The notes: generated from the letters alone by a model not told the origin. DNA of 64,000 nucleotides from Octopus vulgaris (GCA_951406725.2 OX597816.1:17360001-17424000), one strand, 5' to 3'. Numbered from the stretch's first letter, positions 37,536 through 51,482 are shown. Translations and numbers: made by a program.

Positions 37536-38250
37536 ATTTATCTAGTTTCAGCTCACAAGTTGTGGCCATGCTGGGGCATCGCCATTTGGTGTTGCTACAT
37601 GATTTTACTTCATGAATGCTTTTTAGCAACTGCCATTTGGTGCATGAGAGAGTTCGATGCAGCTGCTCTCATCTGCACCTCCTGCCGTGAAGTTGGTTCA
37701 TCTGGGATACCTGACAAGAAGAGATCCAGTTTCATTTTAAAGACATCTGCATCCACCCCATGCAGGTCTCTTAGGTTCTTAGGGAGGATATTATAGAGCT
37801 GTGGGCCTCGGAAGCCCAGGCTGTCACAGTATCTTGTCCTACATCTTGATGGCAAATTTGGAGTCCTTGGCACTATGCAGTGGCGCCCAGTTCTGGCATT
37901 TGTGTAACTCTCAATGCCAAAGTTTGGGACAAGTCCTAGGATCTTCCAGATGTATATTATGGCATATCTTTCTCGCCTACGCTCTAAGGAATAGAGTCTC
38001 AATCTCTTGAGTCTTTCCCAATAGCTTATATGCTGCACAGAGGCTATCTTCTTCGTGTAACTTCGTTGGATCGCCTCAAGTTCTGTGATTAACTTGACAC
38101 TGGATGGTGACCATAGCTGAAAGCAATAGTCAAAGTGGTTTAGGACAAGTGTCCTCCAGAGGACCATCATGGTTTCCTGGTCTCTTGTTCTGAAGGTTCT
38201 AAGAATCCATCCGGTCAGCCGCCTACATTTCATTGCCAATTTAGCAACAT
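37536..38250 (-). mobile_element. CR1-type LINE, 5'-truncated; 209-aa open ORF2 C-terminus (37610-38239) plus 3' UTR and A-rich tail
   Basis: LWRTLVLNHFDYCFQLWSP...LEAIQRSYTKKI...SYWERLKRLRLYSLERRRER...FKMKLDLFL matches CR1-clade post-RT motifs. Confidence 0.9.
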
Positions 38251-38494
38251 ATTTATATCATCATCATCGTTTAACGTCTGTTTTCCATGCTAGCATGGGT
38301 TGGACAGTTTGATTGGGGTCTGGGAAACCAAGAGGCTGCACCAGGCACCAGTCTGATCTGGCAGTGTTTCTACAGCAGGATGCCCTTCCTAATGCCAATC
38401 ACTCCATGAGTGTAGTGGGTGCTTTTTACACGATACATATATATATATCATATATATAAATATATATGTATATATATATTTGCATATATCTATC

Positions 38495-38534
<40 letters not shown>

Positions 38535-38539
<5 letters not shown>

Positions 38540-38953
38540 CGAAGGGTAAAATTAATTAATCAATTAATAATTAATAATTTTACCAAGTAGTTTGGTATGT
38601 TAAAAGAACAAAGATTCTATAATTATGAGCATAATTATAATTAGTGTTCAGAAAATATTTGCTTCAACACATACCAAAATTTAGAAATAGCAGTTAAAAT
38701 ACTATTCTACTACCATAAGATATCTCCCAGACAACAATACTCTACAACTCACGCAGGTAAAGAGAAAAAAATAACGAATCCACAAGGCTTTGATTAACTA
38801 TATACGCATTTCGGGGTTAAAGAAATGTAAAAAAGATGTAAAATCATATTTCTACTCACTTATTCCCTTCCTCAGTACAGTATTTCAAATTTTAAATTTG
38901 AGAGCACTGATAATTAACATACCTAGTTGACCAAGAGCCATCGAATAGCATGT
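38535..38953 (-). mobile_element. Penelope-like terminal repeat
   Basis: AT-rich repeat-like segment containing the hammerhead motif at 38798-38880. Confidence 0.5.
38798..38880 (-). ncRNA. Hammerhead ribozyme motif with a long loop II
   Basis: Minus strand CUGUA-CUGAGGA-A-GGG-(about 50 nt)-CCC-GAAA-U-GC-GUA-UAUAG; stem I CUGUA/UAUAG. Confidence 0.6.
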
Positions 38954-39324
38954 ATCATTGTAAAAAAAATATTAATAATAATGATAAGTTACAATGATAT
39001 AGAAGGAAAATAAAAAATAAATATTTGTTTGTATGTGTATCTTTTATAGAAAAGAAGGGGAAAAAATCAGCCAGTTAACATTTCTAGTATTGAATATAAG
39101 CAGTAATATATGACTACTGGAAATTCAATAGATATATATATGTATTTTTTTTTACAAAACATATACATCTGCAAAAAATTACATCTATTCATTTGAAAGG
39201 AACATCATGAATCCGAATTCAAACAGACGAATGAGATCTTGCATTCCTCCTCAATCACACACGTGTGCCAGTAAATTCCACAGAAACTGCAGTTTACTAT
39301 CAGGGAGAGAATTATATTATCAAT

Positions 39325-39612
<288 letters not shown>

Positions 39613-39904
39613 ATATATTCCTTTGGAATAAAAGAATAAAACCAATGTTGTCTTCGAAACATATGTCGAAAGTAAAAGAATTTGAATATAACTTCTGTGT
39701 TCAACTCCATTTATTTACTTATGCTATACAAATTACTGCACATTAATCCAGAGTTTCTACCTTTGAATAGGTCGCTATATCCTTGTTACTTGTGTGAATT
39801 TTGCTACCCTGGTAACTGTTTATTGAATTTTCCATGTTAACGGTAAACAAAGGATAATCCATTCATCCATTTATATACATACATAAATATATATGTATAT
39901 GTAT

Positions 39905-40360
39905 AGACATCTTCCAACTTATATCTTCCACAAACACTGCCTGTGGACAGTCTGCAGTAACTCACTAAAAGACCAAGTTTCTAATGCCAACTTGTTTAGC
40001 AAGTGTAAGACTGGTGGAATTGAGAGCTTCCTTATACAATCACAATTGTGCTGGGCTGGCCATGTCATCAGAATGGCCAACCATGGCTCAGATATAAGGA
40101 CAAGCTGAAGTGGGACTTCTTAGAGATGAAGATTGCTCACAACACCTTTGAGTGAACAAGCTTTGAATGAACAAAATGGAGATTGTTGTGTCAAAATGGC
40201 ATTGAAAACTCTGTTGCAACCAGCATTGACAGGGTTTGGGGTGCAAAGCAAAAGAGAAAAGCGGTTGCAAGTATACCACCTGCAATGACCTGTAATCCTC
40301 GTACTTACAACACCTGTGGCCTTTTTTGCAAATCCTTGGCAGGACTTAAATGTCATGTTT
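39905..40360 (+). mobile_element. RTE-clade LINE 3' fragment, degenerate
   Basis: IESFLIQSQLCWAGHVIRM and, frameshifted, TCGLFCKSLAGLKCH zinc-finger remnant. Confidence 0.75.
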
Positions 40361-40637
40361 GACATAAGCATTATAACTGACAAAGAAAGAGTATGCTGTC
40401 TGAGCCTCATACGCCAAAACCAACGGGAGTCCATCATATATATGTATACACACACACACATATATATATTCAATGGGCTTCTTTCAGTTTCTATCAAAAA
40501 CATTCACTCACAAGGCTTTGTTTGACCAGAGGATATAGTAGAGGACATTTGCCCCTATGGGCAACAGAATGGAACTGAACCAAGGACCATATAATTGGAA
40601 AGCAGACTTCTTACCACAGCTATCACTGTGTACAAAG

Positions 40638-41222
40638 ATCATCATCATCATCGTTTAACGTCCACTTTCCATGCTATCATGGGTTGGACGATTTTGTCTG
40701 AGGGCTGGCGAACCAGATGGCTGCACCAGTCTCCAATCTTGATTTGGTGGAGTTTCTATAGCTGGATACCCTTCCTAATGCCAACCACTCCGAGAGTGTA
40801 GTGGGTGCTTTTTACATGCCACCGGCATGGGGGCCAGTCAGGTGGTATTGGCAACGACCTCGCTTGAATCTTTTTACAAATGCCACCAGCACAGGTGCCA
40901 GTAAGGTGACATTGGTAATGATCACACTCGAAAGGTGCCCTTTTATGTGCCACCGGCATGAAAGCCAGTTGGCTGCTCTGGCAACGATCACGCTCGGATG
41001 GTGCTCTTGGCACCCTACTAGCACAGGTACAAGTGCCAGTAAGGCGACACTGGTAATGATCACACTTGAATGGTGCATTTTATGTGCCACTGGCACGGAA
41101 GCCGGTTAGCCGCTCTATCAACGATCACGTTCGTATGGTGCTCTTTGCACCCCACTAGTACGGATGCCAGTCATTGAATGTGATTTTGATTTTGATTTCA
41201 CTTGCCTCAACAGGTCTTCGCA
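40638..41222 (-). mobile_element. Retroposon family C, long copy
   Basis: Consensus blocks with multiple internal repeats. Confidence 0.85.
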
Positions 41223-41716
41223 ATGTTAATAGTAAAATATAATTTCTCTAGTCTACAAAGCTATTAACTTTCTCTTTAAAAATACGTATCAAAAAATGAA
41301 TATAAAAACTTGTGACACTTTAATAAGATATTCCCAGAGCATTTTGATATTTAACTATTCCTGTCATACCTGGGTTTTCTCATATACGGTTTGAATATTT
41401 AAATGCTTACAGGAAGATCAAACTTTATAATGTTTATCACAGTTAGGTTAACTGTGTCTTTCCTCCATCTGCAGTTTATAAAATAGGTGTTTCAGACTAA
41501 ATACTTTGTTTGGTGTAATTGTGTCACACTTTTAAAGGTGATGCCATTAATTACCGATTAAACACAGTTGCAGACATTGGAAACAGAATAAGAATAATAA
41601 AAGAAGTGTTCATTGCATTAGGTTTTAGAATCTGGCTGAGAAAAAACTAGCAATACACACACAGATATACAGAGGCATATTGGAGCACTCACACACATAC
41701 ACAAAGGATACAGATG

Positions 41717-41747
<31 letters not shown>

Positions 41748-42103
41748 GATACACACGTAGAACAAACATAGAACACATGTGCACACAAACACATACATAA
41801 ATACAAAGATCATATATATATATATATATATATATACACAATCTAATAGTCACACAAAGAAAATCATGTCCACATGTACACACAATGCTCACTCACGCAC
41901 ACATGAAGAACACGTATGCACACATGCATGCACACATATACACATACACATACACACACACACATGCGTGCATACACACAAAGCAGACAGAATCATGGAA
42001 GTTTATTTAACAAAACACTTGAAACTGAGCTCAATACAAAAAAAATCTCTTTACAATGACAAAAATCTAGTGCTTCAAAGATAAACATTATGCAATATGT
42101 ACC

Positions 42104-42150
<47 letters not shown>

Positions 42151-42279
42151 CATCATCATCATTATCATGATATATATATATATACATATATATATTTACA
42201 TATATATATACACATATCATATATATCATATATATATACATATATCATATATCATATATCATATATATATTTATAAATA

Positions 42280-42314
<35 letters not shown>

Positions 42315-42345
42315 TTACACATACATACATATATACATACATACA

Positions 42346-42381
<36 letters not shown>

Positions 42382-43251
42382 TATACATATATATATATAT
42401 ATGTATGTATGTATGTATGTATTTATAAATACATACAGACTGTTCATACATTATACATCACACTTTATATGAACATACAGCTATAAATATGCATATACGT
42501 TTGTATACACAGACGACACAAACAGAAGAAAATAGCAAAATATCTGTATCCAGACATTGAAAAAGAAATAAAAATAAAGTTGAATGAAATAAATAGATGA
42601 ATAAAAATTCACAGCAACCAAGATATTTTTTTTTCACACTGCAAGATACAGCCACCAAACAAAATCGCAGTGGTTTCAAATAAACATTTAATCACCACGC
42701 ATCTGACACTTAGTTTTCTAGTAAGGAAGGAATAAACAAATTTATGTCAGGCATCGTTGTGTGGTCGAGGTGCTTGCTTCACAACCACGTGGTTTTGGGT
42801 TCGTTTTCATTGCATGGCATCTTAAGCAAGTGTTTATGACTATGGCTTCAGCTCAACCAAAGCTTTGTAAGTGAATCTGGTTGATGGAAACTGAAAGAAG
42901 CCTTGTTGTATATATTCAACTGAAACCCTCCTTTAAGGGTTTTAGTTGAATATATCGACCACAATATTTACATTTTTTTGAGTCTGCTACTTACTCTATC
43001 GATCTGTTTTGCTAAACTGCTAAGTTACAGGAATGTAAACAAACCATTTGTTATCAAGCAATGAAGGTGGAATTAACAAATGGAAATAAAATGATATACA
43101 CACATTCATTTATGTATACACACACACACATACATTCATATATATATATACATACATACATGCATACATATATATATGTATATTATAATATATATATATA
43201 TTATAATATTATAATATTATATATATACTTATATATATATATATATATATA

Positions 43252-43657
43252 GGCCGTCCGCCAGCCTCATCTGGCACCTGTGTCGGTGGCACATAAAAAC
43301 ACCATCCGAGCGTGGCCGTCTGCCAGCCTCGTCTGGCACCTGTGTCGGTGGCACATAAAAACACCATCCGAGCGTGGCCGTCTGCCAGCCTCGTCTGGCA
43401 CCTGTGTCGGTGGCACATAAAAACACCATCCGAGCGTGGCCGTTCGCCAGCCTCGTCTGGCACCTGTGTCGGTGGCACATAAAATCACCCACTACACTCT
43501 CGGAGTGGTTGGCGTTAGGAAGGGCATCCAGCTGTAGAAACACTGCCAGATCTGACTGGCCTGGTGCAGCCTTCGGGCTCCCAGACCCCAGTTGAACCGT
43601 CCAACCCATGCTAGCATGGAAAACGGACGCTAAATGATGATGATGATGATGATGATG
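43252..43657 (+). mobile_element. Retroposon family C with 4 near-perfect ~63-bp internal repeats
   Basis: ggccgtctgccagcctcgtctggcacctgtgtcggtggcacataaaaacaccatccgagcgt repeated at 43252-43490. Confidence 0.9.
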
Positions 43658-43672
43658 ATATATATATATATA

Positions 43673-44012
43673 TTCTTTTATTCTTTTACTTGTTTCAGTC
43701 ATTTGACTATGGCCATGCTGGAGCACCGCCTTTAGTTGAGCAAATTGACCCCAGGACTTATTCTTTGTAAGCCTAGTACTTATTCTATCAGTCTCTTTTG
43801 CCGAACCGCTAAGTTACGGGGATGTAAACACACCAGCATTGGATGTTGGGGGGAGAAACACAGACATACAAACACACACACACACACACACTCACACACA
43901 CATACACATACATATATATACCCAAGGCTATAGTAGAAGACACTTTCCCAGGGACTGAACCTGTAACCATGTGGTTGGTAAGCAACCTACTTATCACATG
44001 GTCACTCCTGTG

Positions 44013-44015
<3 letters not shown>
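43673..44015 (-). mobile_element. SINE family A
   Basis: Matches the consensus with internal deletions. Confidence 0.85.
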
Positions 44016-44047
<32 letters not shown>

Positions 44048-44184
44048 GATAAAACCACTATTATGCAACTCAAACAGAGATAGACATAAACCAATACATA
44101 AATAACAAATAAAAAATATTTTTATAAAACATATAACTAGATCTCAAAAAGTCTAAAAATGAATAATCAATATATAATAAGTAA

Positions 44185-44233
<49 letters not shown>

Positions 44234-45054
44234 TATAATATTATATATATCATAATATATATATGGCGGGCTTCTACATAGTTTCTGTTAACCATTTTTA
44301 CTCTTTAGGCATTGATTTCCTATGAGACTAAACCTGAAACCATGGAATTGGTATGGAGATTCCTTACACACACCACTGTCCCTTGCTTATAAACGATATG
44401 CAATATTAATGAAATATTGTGTACATAGCAGTCGCAGAAAATGTCCAGCATTTGTTGTTTTTTAAGAACAAATATGTGCTTTACTGTTGTGCAAATAAAT
44501 TCCATTGAATGTTCAGAATTATCTTTCATTTCAGTGTCACTAGAAGCAGATAATGGCACAGAGGTAAACAGAAAGAAAATAATAACATGAACATTTTTAA
44601 TGTGAGAAAAATATAGCTTGGCAAATTATTTCTCTGTCAGTTTAACATGTCCTGTTATTTAAGAGAGTTCATTAGCAGAAATGTAAGAGCGTGGAACAAA
44701 TGATTTGTATTATTTCTTCTCATATTTCTTTACTTGCTAAGTTCAAATACTGCTGAGATCAATTTTGCCTTTCATTCTTTTGAAGCCAGTAAGATAAAAT
44801 ACCAGTGATACACTGGAGTTGATGCAATGAACTGATCCTGTCCCTCTTAAAATTGCTGGCCTCATACCTAAATTAAAAGCAGATATTTAAAACAGCTGAA
44901 AATACGACTGGACAATGGTCAGTTCTGTTCTGTGTGATGTTTTTATTAAAGTCTAGTTGGTAAGAGAATGGACAGGTTTCTGCAGGACAGGTCACTATGT
45001 CTTGTCGAGACAAACTCAAGAACTAACAATTTTTCGATTTTGCCTTATGTAACC

Positions 45055-45287
45055 TATTTCTTTACTACCCACAAGGGGCTAAACACAGAAGGGACAAACA
45101 AGGACAGACAAACAGATTAAGTCTATTATAACGACCCCAGTGCATAACTGGTACTTATTTAATCGAGTCCGAAAGGATGAAAGGCAAAGTTGACCTCGGC
45201 GGAATTTGAACTCAGAACGTAGTGGTAGACGAAATACCGCAAAGCATTTCGCCCACATGCTAATGACTCTGCCAGCTCACCGCCTTA
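45055..45287 (-). mobile_element. SINE family B, full length, with TSD
   Basis: atgtaacc flanks both ends. Confidence 0.9.
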
Positions 45288-47432
45288 TGTAACCAAAATG
45301 GTTAAGGGAATGTGGCATCGTGGTTGGGTTATTGCTTTCACAATCCCAAGATTCCTGATCTGTTTGGTGCATCGTATTTTTGAGCAAGACACTTCATTCA
45401 CACTGCTCCATCCTGGTGTCCAATTCAGGGAGAGTATTGTGATCTTGGTCACTTGGGTGCCATGGAAACTTGGTGACTGGAAATGTGCTTCTTAGGACTC
45501 AAAATAGTAATTATTATTTGACTTATTACTAAAATGGCCAACAGACTGTCATTAGGTTCTTATAACTTATAACTGGCATTTATAATTGTCGGTTATGACA
45601 ATGAGTGTTCCAGTTGATTAATCAATGGAACAACCTAATTGTGGAATTAATGTGTAATTAACTGAACACTTGACAAACACACGTGCCCTTAAAGTAGTTT
45701 TCAGAGAGATTCAGCATGACACTGAATATGAAAAGACAGGCCTTTTGAATTACAACTACAACTTATTTCTATCAGCTGAGTGGACTGGAGTAAAGTTAAA
45801 TAAAGTGTCTTGCTCAAGAACACAATGTATCATAAAGAATCGAACCCATGAACCTAATGCCCTAATCAGTGAGTCCTGCACATTCATCGCTGGGGTCTTA
45901 GTGATACAAACAGGAATTTCAACAATGTTTCGCGGTCTGCTACCACAACAGTTCCTTTATAGGATCCAGTTAGCTCAAGACATCATCAGGAGGAACCACG
46001 TCCGGTTTCGGCCCCTACTCCCCTACCATTTTGACCAAAACTGGTGAGCCCTGCACCCTAATGAGAGAGCCCTGCACATTCATTGCTGGGTTCTTAGTGA
46101 TACAAACAAAGTCTATCACAAATTAGGAAAATGATCCAAAAGGACATGCTGGATAAGAATCTGACTGCAGATGCAACACATTTTTGTTAATTCTTTTAAA
46201 TATTCTGTCAACTTCAGCCAATGCTATAACATAGCTCAATATTACTTTGCTGATAGTTTTGAAGTTAACTCTTCAGTTCATCTTCAACTGAACTTCAAAA
46301 GATTCCTCACTTTCAAATAATCCAGTTGACTACTTGAAAAAAAAATACTGATTCCACTGGAGACAGATATAAATGCATATTTATATTCATAATATACATA
46401 CATATATATACACATATATACATGTAAATACATGTATTATAATGTAATAGTTATAAAGTATATTAATTCCTTAGCATTGAGATTTTTCCGTCAAATGTAA
46501 TGCTTTTAAATTTACATTACATTCGTGGCCGTTGCCAGCCTCGCCTGGCCCCCGTGCTGGTGGCACGTAAAAGCACCATCTGTTTGTGGCTGTTTGCCAG
46601 CTCCGTCTGGCACCTGTGCGGGTGGCACGTAAAAAGCACCCACTACACTCACGGAGTGGTTGGCATTAGGAAGAGCATCCAGCTGTAGAAACACTGCCAG
46701 ATCAGACTGGTCCTGATGCAGCCTTCTGGCTTCACAGACCCCAGTTGAACCGTCCAACCCATGCTAGCATGGAAAGCGGACGCTAAATGATGATGATGAT
46801 GATGATGATGATTGTTTTAATTAATCATACATTATTTTGTAGCTCCGAACTTTTGATGATGTAATTGTGTATTTTTAGAATGACATTGAAGGGTAGGTGT
46901 GATGGGCTGGATCTGACTGGTTTAAACATAAAACAAGTAGAACATTTGGATTTGATATGTCCTTAAAAACTAAATAGCTAAAATCTATTTTGCATAGAAT
47001 ATGTGATAGAGGACTCAATATATCAAGTGAGTGCATAAATATGGTTATTATAGTAGAGAATAAAGGAGGAGGAGTGAGAGAGGGAATGGTGAAGAGGACA
47101 GGAGAAGATTAAGGAAAGGTGGGAGAGAAAACCAGATAGGATGAAGAACAAGAGAATAAGAAAGATAGACAGAGAAGAGATAGTAGAGATAGAAGAGTGC
47201 GCATCATAATTATTAAGATCATATAATAATATAAATAATATAAATAATATAAATAATACATAGATATATAATCTATATATATACATACACACATATATAC
47301 ACATACATATATACATCCATATGTTACACACACACACATATATATACACACACATACATACATACATACAGACAGACATACATATATATGTATCCCATGC
47401 TAGCATGGAAAGCGGACGTTAAACGATGCATG

Positions 47433-47463
<31 letters not shown>

Positions 47464-47551
47464 TTATATATGTATATACATACACACATACACACATACA
47501 TACATACATACATACATACATACATACATACATACATACATAAAAAAAAGG

Positions 47552-47801
47552 GTAAAGACCCCTTCGGTCATGAATGACCATGGGATTGCACCTAGAAAGT
47601 TACCCTCCTAGACACAAGTCCGGGCAAGGTTGTTTATGGAAGACCAGCAGTCGCCCATGTATACCAGCCTCCCCTCTCCACACCACCAGTGTTATCCAAG
47701 GGAAAGACAAAGGTCGATACAGCTTGGCACCAGTGACGTCGCAACTCATTTCTACAGCTGAGTGAACTGGAGCAACGTGAAATAAAGTGCCTTTCTCAAG
47801 A

Positions 47802-47805
<4 letters not shown>
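47552..47805 (-). mobile_element. tRNA-derived SINE family D, 3' part
   Basis: Matches 58965-59325 (gtcatgaatgaccatggg...cagctgagtgaactgga). Confidence 0.75.
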
Positions 47806-47833
<28 letters not shown>

Positions 47834-47897
47834 GCCTACATACATATATATATGTATATATAAATATAAAAATGGAATAAAAGCACAATAGAGGGCA

Positions 47898-48240
47898 TTA
47901 AAATGTTCGGACAGATAGACAAGAGAAACAACAATTAGAAGTGGATGTTCGTTTTTCATGGGTCTGTAAATAAAATTTGAGCCCAGCAAAAGAAAGGCAA
48001 GGTCTGTCACAAACTGTGCACACAAAAAGGTCACAAAGATTCACATTCTCCATTGCAACATTCTTCTTTAAATCTTTCTTGAATCTTGCATGTGTCATCC
48101 TGGCCTCCTCAAAAGCTTTCACTCCACAGACACACACACACATGAGACTGTGAACTAGTGGTACACATATTTTCTTGATGTAGTGTATCAAAGATTACAG
48201 TCTTCCTAATTCATTCCTCCACTTCAGTCACATGCCATAC
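47898..48240 (-). mobile_element. RTE-clade LINE C-terminal fragment
   Basis: GVKAFEEAR...FVCTVCDRPCLSFAGLKFYLQTH (RTE C-terminal C2H2-like finger). Confidence 0.7.
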
Positions 48241-48506
48241 TCCTAAGTAAAATATAATTTCTAATTGCATGTAATTAGTCACTGAGCACTTCCAATGGCT
48301 TATAATTTACTTAGATGCTTTCTGTTGGATTCTTGTGAGTCAAGTGAATATTAGCATACGCTGATGTCACTGATGTGTGTGTGTGTGGTGTGTGGTGTAT
48401 GAGTATGCATACGCATGTGAAAATGTGTGTGTATGTATGTATGCATATGTATGTATAAATGTATATGTGTTTGTGTGTATATAAATTTATACATATATCT
48501 GTGTAA

Positions 48507-48546
<40 letters not shown>

Positions 48547-49324
48547 TTGTGTGTGTGTGTATAATTAAGTATATATACCTGTGTCTATGTATCTGCATAA
48601 ATGAGTTTGTATGTGTGTATATATATATGCAAATATATAACTATGTGTGTGTATATATTATATATATGTGCATGTGTGTATGCATACTTATACACATACA
48701 CACCCAGACATGTACACACAGACAAATTTATATGTATATCTTTGTATGTGTATATATATGTGTGTGTGTATACCTAAGTATATATACTTGTGTCTGTGTC
48801 TGCATAAATGAGTTTGTGTGTATGCATCTATCTATCTATCTATCTATATATATATATATACACACACATATATATGCACATATATAACTATGTGTGTGTA
48901 TATATTATATATGTTGTGTATATGTATATATATATTCACATATATAACTATGTGTGTGTTTATATTATATATATGTGTGTGTATGTATGCATACTTACAC
49001 ACATACACACAGAGACATGCACACATATAGACATATACATATATCTCATCCAAGTACTTGTTTGTTCATTCAGCATCTCTGTTTTCCATGCAGGTATGGT
49101 GTGGATGAGAATTGATTTGTTAAGCTTAAAACAGTGTCACTTAACAAATTGCAGTCATAGCAGATACCGGTGTCATACAAATGGCACCTATTATGGTGGC
49201 CCATATAAGCACCCATTACACTCTTAGAATGGTTGGCATTAGGAAGGGCATTCGGCCATAGAAAAACATGTCAAATCAGACTGGAGCCTGGTGCAGCCTT
49301 CCAGCATGCCATTCAGTCAAACCT

Positions 49325-49555
49325 ATTTCTTTATTACCCAGAAGGGGCTAAAAACAGAGGGGACAAACAAGGACAGACATAGGTATTAAGTCGATTACAT
49401 CGACTCCAGTGCGTAACTGGTACTTAATTTATCAACCCCGAAAGAATGAAAGGCAAAGTCAACCTCGGCGGAATTTGAACTTACAACGTAACGCAGACGA
49501 AATACCGCTAAGCATTTCACCCGGCGTGCTAACGTTTCTGCCAGTTCGCCGCCTT
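49325..49555 (-). mobile_element. SINE family B inserted into a family C copy
   Basis: TSD gtcaaacc on both sides. Confidence 0.9.
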
Positions 49556-49841
49556 GTCAAACCGTCCAACCCATGCCACCATGAACAATGGACGTTAAAT
49601 GATGATGATGATGATGATATATATATGTGTGTGTATGTACATTTATAGGAGTCAGGAGATTATTATAGACTGACCTAGATTGAGAATAGAAAATATTTGC
49701 CCAATGTGTCATTAAGTAGAATTGAACACAAAACTACTATTTGAAGAAGCAAATTTCTCCACCACATAGCCCTGTCTATAACTGTATACCACCACCACCA
49801 CCATCACCATCATCATCATCACCATATATGTTTATATATAT

Positions 49842-50190
49842 GTGGCCGTTGCCAGCACTACGCCGACTGGCCTCGTGCCGGTGGCATGTAAAAAGCACCA
49901 TCCGTTCGTGGCCGTTGCTAGCCTCGCCTGGGCCCCGTGCCGGTGGCACATAAAAAGCACCATCCGATCGTGGTCGTTTGCCAGACTCGTCTGGTACCTG
50001 TGCCGGTGGCACGTAAAAAGCACCCACTACACTCATGGAGTGGTTGGCATTAGGAAGGGCATCCAGCCGTAGAAACATTGCTAGATCAGACTGGGCCTGG
50101 TGCAGCCCTCTGGCTTCCCAGACCCCAGTTGAACCGTCCAACCCATGCTAGCATGGAAAGCGGACGTTAAACGATGATGATGATGAACGA
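49842..50190 (+). mobile_element. Retroposon family C
   Basis: Three internal repeats plus (GAT)n tail. Confidence 0.85.
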
Positions 50191-50594
50191 CGATACCATA
50201 TGTTACATATATATCATATCATACCTTGATACTGTGTGGACTAAGATCCCCGCTGGTATTTATAAAGTGTTAGACATTTTCAGTATGCAAATTAGGAACA
50301 CCTTCATGCATTTGTTGAATATACAAACAGTTACACACACACACACACACACACATCCTATATATATATATATATATATATATTGCAACTCCAGCCACCA
50401 CCACCATGGTCACTACTACTATGACCAACAGTCACTGCTGCTACTGCTATTTCGGCTACTGGTCATTTCCCAAACTTTAGTCAACACACAAGACAGCTAT
50501 TATGCTCTCCCCAACAAAGAACCACCACGTGGATTCTGTTGAGACCAGTAAGAAACAATTATGAACTTTTTTATTACACTTAACTATTAAAAAT

Positions 50595-50642
50595 ATTTTT
50601 GATAAGGTTCGTTTTTTCAAGAAGAACCGAAACATGTAAAAT
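50595..50642 (+). ncRNA. Hammerhead relic (core UUGAUAA)
   Basis: AUUU-UUGAUAA-GGUUC-(13 nt)-GAACC-GAAAC-AU-GUA-AAAU; all three stems present, two core substitutions. Confidence 0.55.
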
Positions 50643-50740
50643 TTCTAAGAAAATTAAAATTTATCTTATATAGTGGCATTTTCAAACTTCTTTTTTATAA
50701 ATATACATACATATATATATATATATAAACCATAGAAATG

Positions 50741-50790
<50 letters not shown>

Positions 50791-50862
50791 CATACATCAT
50801 GCTAGCATGGAAAGCGGACGTTAAACGATGATGATGATATATATATATTTATATATACATAC

Positions 50863-50906
<44 letters not shown>

Positions 50907-51226
50907 TTCTATGGTTTATATAAATCTCTATTTCTAAATAGTTTACAAAAAACCTCACACCACTGCAACATTATTTGCTAATCAAAAATGATCACCATCG
51001 CTGATCTCAGATTCCACTTAACATGTTATTCTTATAATTCTGGAGTGTTAAACAGGATGGTTTTTGGCAATACTATAATAACATACTATGAAATGTGTGC
51101 AAATGGTTCTACATGTATATTTGTGTAGTGGTTGATGTATCCTCTTGACTGTGTGTTTATATATTCTATATTTCTCTGTTCCCCTTCATCCCATCCTTCT
51201 AACTCTCACTGTCCATACATTAATAC

Positions 51227-51257
<31 letters not shown>

Positions 51258-51392
51258 ATCATACATATGTATATATCTATGCATATACAAATGTGTGTAA
51301 TACACACACACATGCACAACTATACGTACTAACAATCACATATATGTATATATCTATGCATATGTATATATATATATATACATATGTATATA

Positions 51393-51482
<90 letters not shown>

